In this document: piece by piece, positions 59,506 to 64,000 of the stretch | How the letters are laid out: each line of letters opens with the position of its first letter | Numbering within the stretch: position 1 is the first letter of the stretch | Assembly: GCA_963845755.1 (NCBI GenBank) | Contig: CAWJTV010000005.1 | Span: 768,001-832,000 of the forward strand | Direction: 5' to 3' | Origin: an uncultured Planctomycetota bacterium | GTDB taxonomy: Bacteria > Planctomycetota > Planctomycetia > Isosphaerales > Isosphaeraceae | DNA: 64,000 bases | The notes under the pieces: model-generated | What the model saw: only the letters and a program-made list of their open reading frames with translations | Database searches by the model: none | Told to the model about the DNA's origin: nothing | Made by a program: the position numbers and the translations under genes

Positions 59506-61637
59506 TTAGAAGGCGGTCTGGCTCTCGCCGAGCCACCGCTCCGCGCCGGGCACATCGAGGAGATACCGAGCGACGACTTCCCTCTCGACCCAGGGCGGCA
59601 TGAGCGGCTGGAACTTGCTGAGGCGATAGCCCGGGAGTGAATCGAAGATGCCCGTTCCACATAGCTTCGTCGTCCCAGACCGCGGGAGAGCGGAGGGTCG
59701 CGACGGCATCCTGGAAGCGGGGGAAGGTCAGGTCGTCTGCCGCGGAGTCTCAGCGAGGAAGTTGTCGGGGACGATCTGCACACCGGCGAGCAGCGTTCCC
59801 AAGGCCGTAGCGGAGCGTGGTGTTGATTCGGCCTCCAGCGAAGGTCCACCAGCGGATCTCGTTGTCGTCGATCTCGACGCCGGGACTGACCGGGGGCAAC
59901 GACTCGCGCCCAGGGCGTCGCGCCGCTCGGCGAGGAGGGCGGCGGCTTCGGGGGTGAGGTAGCTGTAGGTGTCATCGGACGCGAGCACGTCGCGGATCTT
60001 CCGGCAGATGGCCTCGCTGAGGAACTGGGGGATGAACCCGCCCCACGTGGGCTGCTTGCCGCGCGGGGCGGGGCCGACCACGACCCGGCGGTCGTCGTGA
60101 CGCACTTCGAGCACGGCCCACGCGCGGCCGCCGAGGAGGAAGCAGCTCACGCCCTCGACGAGGCGGTCGACGAACTCCTGGTTGAGCGTGCCGAGCGGCT
60201 GACCGGTCGCCAGTCTGCACGGTGTAGCTCTGCGGGCTCGAGAAGACGGCGAAGAGCTCCATGAAGTTCCGCCGGCCGAAGCGACGCTCCGCCTTCGGCC
60301 CGAAAACGAGCCGGCCGCCCGTTAGCAACGAACGACTCGTCGTCGATCATCCAATCGACGAGGCGGTCGAACTCCTCGCGGCGAATGCCCTTGAAGTCGG
60401 GGACGCGCGACAGGTGATCCCATGCCGGTTGCGGGGCGACGCCGTCATCCGCGAGCGACATGGCGAGCAAGCTGGTGGATGAGGACCGGCCAGCATCGAT
60501 CGTTCACCGACGACGTGCTCGACCCAGCCCGACTTCGCGAGCTCGATGAGGGCGATCGCCTGGAGCACGCCGTCGGTCGTCTCGCAGAAAAACGTCGTGT
60601 TCGCGACCTGGCCCTGCGCGACGCCCGGTGCGGCCCATGCGCTGGAGGAAGGAACTCACCGTGTCCGGGGCCTCGGACTGGAGCACTCGGTCGAGGTCGC
60701 CCACGTCGATGCCCAGCTCGAGCGTCGACGTGCAGACGATGCAGGCGTCCGAGCCATGGTGGAACTGCTCCTCGGCGATCACGCGCTCCTCGCGCGAGAC
60801 CGCGCTGTGGTGCACGAAGACCGTCGTCCCCGTCTGTCGCATGTGGCTGGCTACGGCCTCGGCGGTCGCGCGGGACTGGCAGAAGAACAGGCTCTTCACT
60901 CCACGTGCTGAACGGGCAGCCTCCTCGGCGATCAGGGCCGAGCTCCGGACGGTGGACGACGAGGAGTTGCTTGCGGCTCGGCGGCTTCGGCGGGTCGACG
61001 ACCACGCCCGGTCTCGTGCGACGTCCCCTGGAGCCAGCGGAGGATCTCTTCGCGGGTTGCCCACCGTCGCGCTGAGCCCGACGCGCTGGACGTCGTGACG
61101 CGACAGGGGTGCGGATCCGCTCGAGCACGCTCATCAGGTGCGCACCGCGGTCGGTCCCCGCGACGGCGTGAATCTCGTCGATGACGACGAGTTCGAGGTC
61201 GGTGAAGAGCCTGGCCGCGTCGACCCGCTGCGAGACAGCATCACCTCCAGCGACTCGGGCGTCGTCATCAAGAGCTCGGCCGGCTCGCGGAGGAAGCGGC
61301 GACGGTCGTGAGTCGGGGGTGTCCCCGTGCCAGACGAAGCGGTGGAGGCCGACCATCTCGGTGTAGAGTCCCAAGCCGATCGGCCTGGTTATTGAGCAGG
61401 GCCTTGATCGGCGCGACGTAGAGCACCCCACGGCGTCGGTCGGCTCGTCGATGAGCCGGGAGATCGCCGGGAACATCGACGCTTCCGTCTTGCCCCCGGC
61501 CGTCGGGGCGAGGACGACACGTTGTTCCCCGTCGAGGATCGCTTCGCCCGCCTCCTCCTGCACGGGGCGAAGGCTCGTCCACCCGAGCCGGGCGACGATC
61601 GCCTCCTGGAGCCGCGGCGCGAATCGAGCGAAGACGC

Positions 61638-61641
<4 letters not shown>
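59506..61641 (-). CDS. brxHI: Lhr-like DEAD/DEAH helicase BrxHI, roughly ten frameshifts
   Basis: APTAGGKTEA, VIDEIH, TSTLELGIDVGDLD, FLQRMGRTGRR, RNFMELFAVFSSP; GTGA-coupled to brxD. Confidence 0.85.
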
Positions 61642-62964
<1,323 letters not shown>

Positions 62965-62968
<4 letters not shown>

Positions 62969-64000
62969 GTTGTCGTCCCCTCCCGCACGTACCGCTTCAC
63001 GCCGCCGATCACGTCGATCCGCACGTCGAACGGGAGCCTTCGCCGCAAACTCCTCGAACCGGTTCGCGAACCGCCGGAGCTCCCGCGGCCCGCCGAGCAT
63101 CGCCGACGCCTCGACCTCCGTCACCGCGCCGTGCACCGCGAGGTGCTCGAACAGTTGGCGGACTCCCCCCTCGGGGAGGTATCGACAGCCAGCTCCGATT
63201 CGATTCGACCGTCGTGAGCACGGGGAGCCAGCATCCTGTGTACCACGCGGAGCGGTCACCGCGAAACGCCCGTCCACCACGCAGGGAACGACCTCCGCCT
63301 CGGCCCCCTGGTGGTAGATTTCGACCAGCACCCTCGCGTCGGCCGGGCCGGAGAGGCGGAAGAAGAGCTCGAACGGCTCGCCCACGGTCGCGACGATCGA
63401 GCCGGCGGCGATCCTGGCCCCGCCGCGTGCCTGGCACGGCTCGACGTGGACCTCGGGAAGCTCGGGCACGCGGAGGGCGAGCTCGATCTCGGGCACTCCG
63501 CCGAAGCCGAGTTCCCCCTGCGGCGGTGCCAGCACCGTCGCCTCGATGCAGTGCATGCCGCCGACGCCTTCCTTCGCCGTGGCGCGGACGACGTAGCGGG
63601 TGTTGCTGCCGCCGACCGCCGCCCGGTGGACGAGCGTGAGGACCGGGATGACCCGCTCCTGAAGGCTGTTCCCGCCGTGCACGAAGCCGGTCGGTCGCCG
63701 GCCGGTGTCGAACAACGCCGTCGTCTCGGGGAACATCAACTGGTCGGTCGAGTCGTAACCCAGGTCCGAGAGCGGGACCCTCACCTCGCCCTGGTGGTCC
63801 GCGGCGACGGCCGAGAAGACGTGACGGCGCTTCGGGTCGACCTTGCGGCCGTGCGGCTGCGCCGTGCGGGCGCCCTCGTCGATGAGCAGGAACCCGTGGT
63901 CGGCCGTGAAGACGAAGCGGCGGACGCCCACGTCTCGGAGGAGCTTCCACGCCGCGCGGAGTTTCTGGAGCACCTGGTCGAAGACGGCGGGGCCGACACC
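62965..64000 (-). CDS. pglZ: BREX PglZ (alkaline-phosphatase fold), C-terminal part, probably type 6
   Basis: FVFTADHGF and HGGNSLQERVIPV motifs; ATGA-coupled to brxD after a frameshift near 63030. Confidence 0.88.

Overview
GC-rich Planctomycetota DNA, probably Isosphaeraceae. This is inferred from the DUF1501/DUF1549/DUF1553 genes, a PVC-type heme protein and lineage-typical hypothetical families. Many genes, including the housekeeping genes lepA, lepB and lptB, are split by single-base frameshifts, so this is most likely an error-prone long-read consensus; I joined frames by eye and did not call most splits pseudogenes. All family names come from recognising motifs, not from database searches. 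1-40 kb is mostly core genome (RND adaptor, DUF58, SAM hydrolase, queF, DUF1501/1553 clusters, lepA-lepB-lepB-lptB, asnS), with REP-like repeats and an ISAzo13 element inserted into a composite repeat. At 40.5-43.3 kb there is a compact candidate conflict or programmed-death module: an EACC1-like small gene upstream of a caspase-PAS-SAM methyltransferase fusion, plus a convergent small ORF. This is my best candidate for an undescribed system. 48.5-55 kb is decayed accessory DNA (Ser/Thr kinase-ATPase with an unusual C-terminus, an IS4-type MITE, IS630). At 54949-54990 the 3' half of tRNA-Ala(TGC) marks the end of an integrated defence island running off the right edge. The island carries a DUF3883 nuclease, Mrr and the pglZ-brxD-brxHI end of a BREX system, probably type 6.
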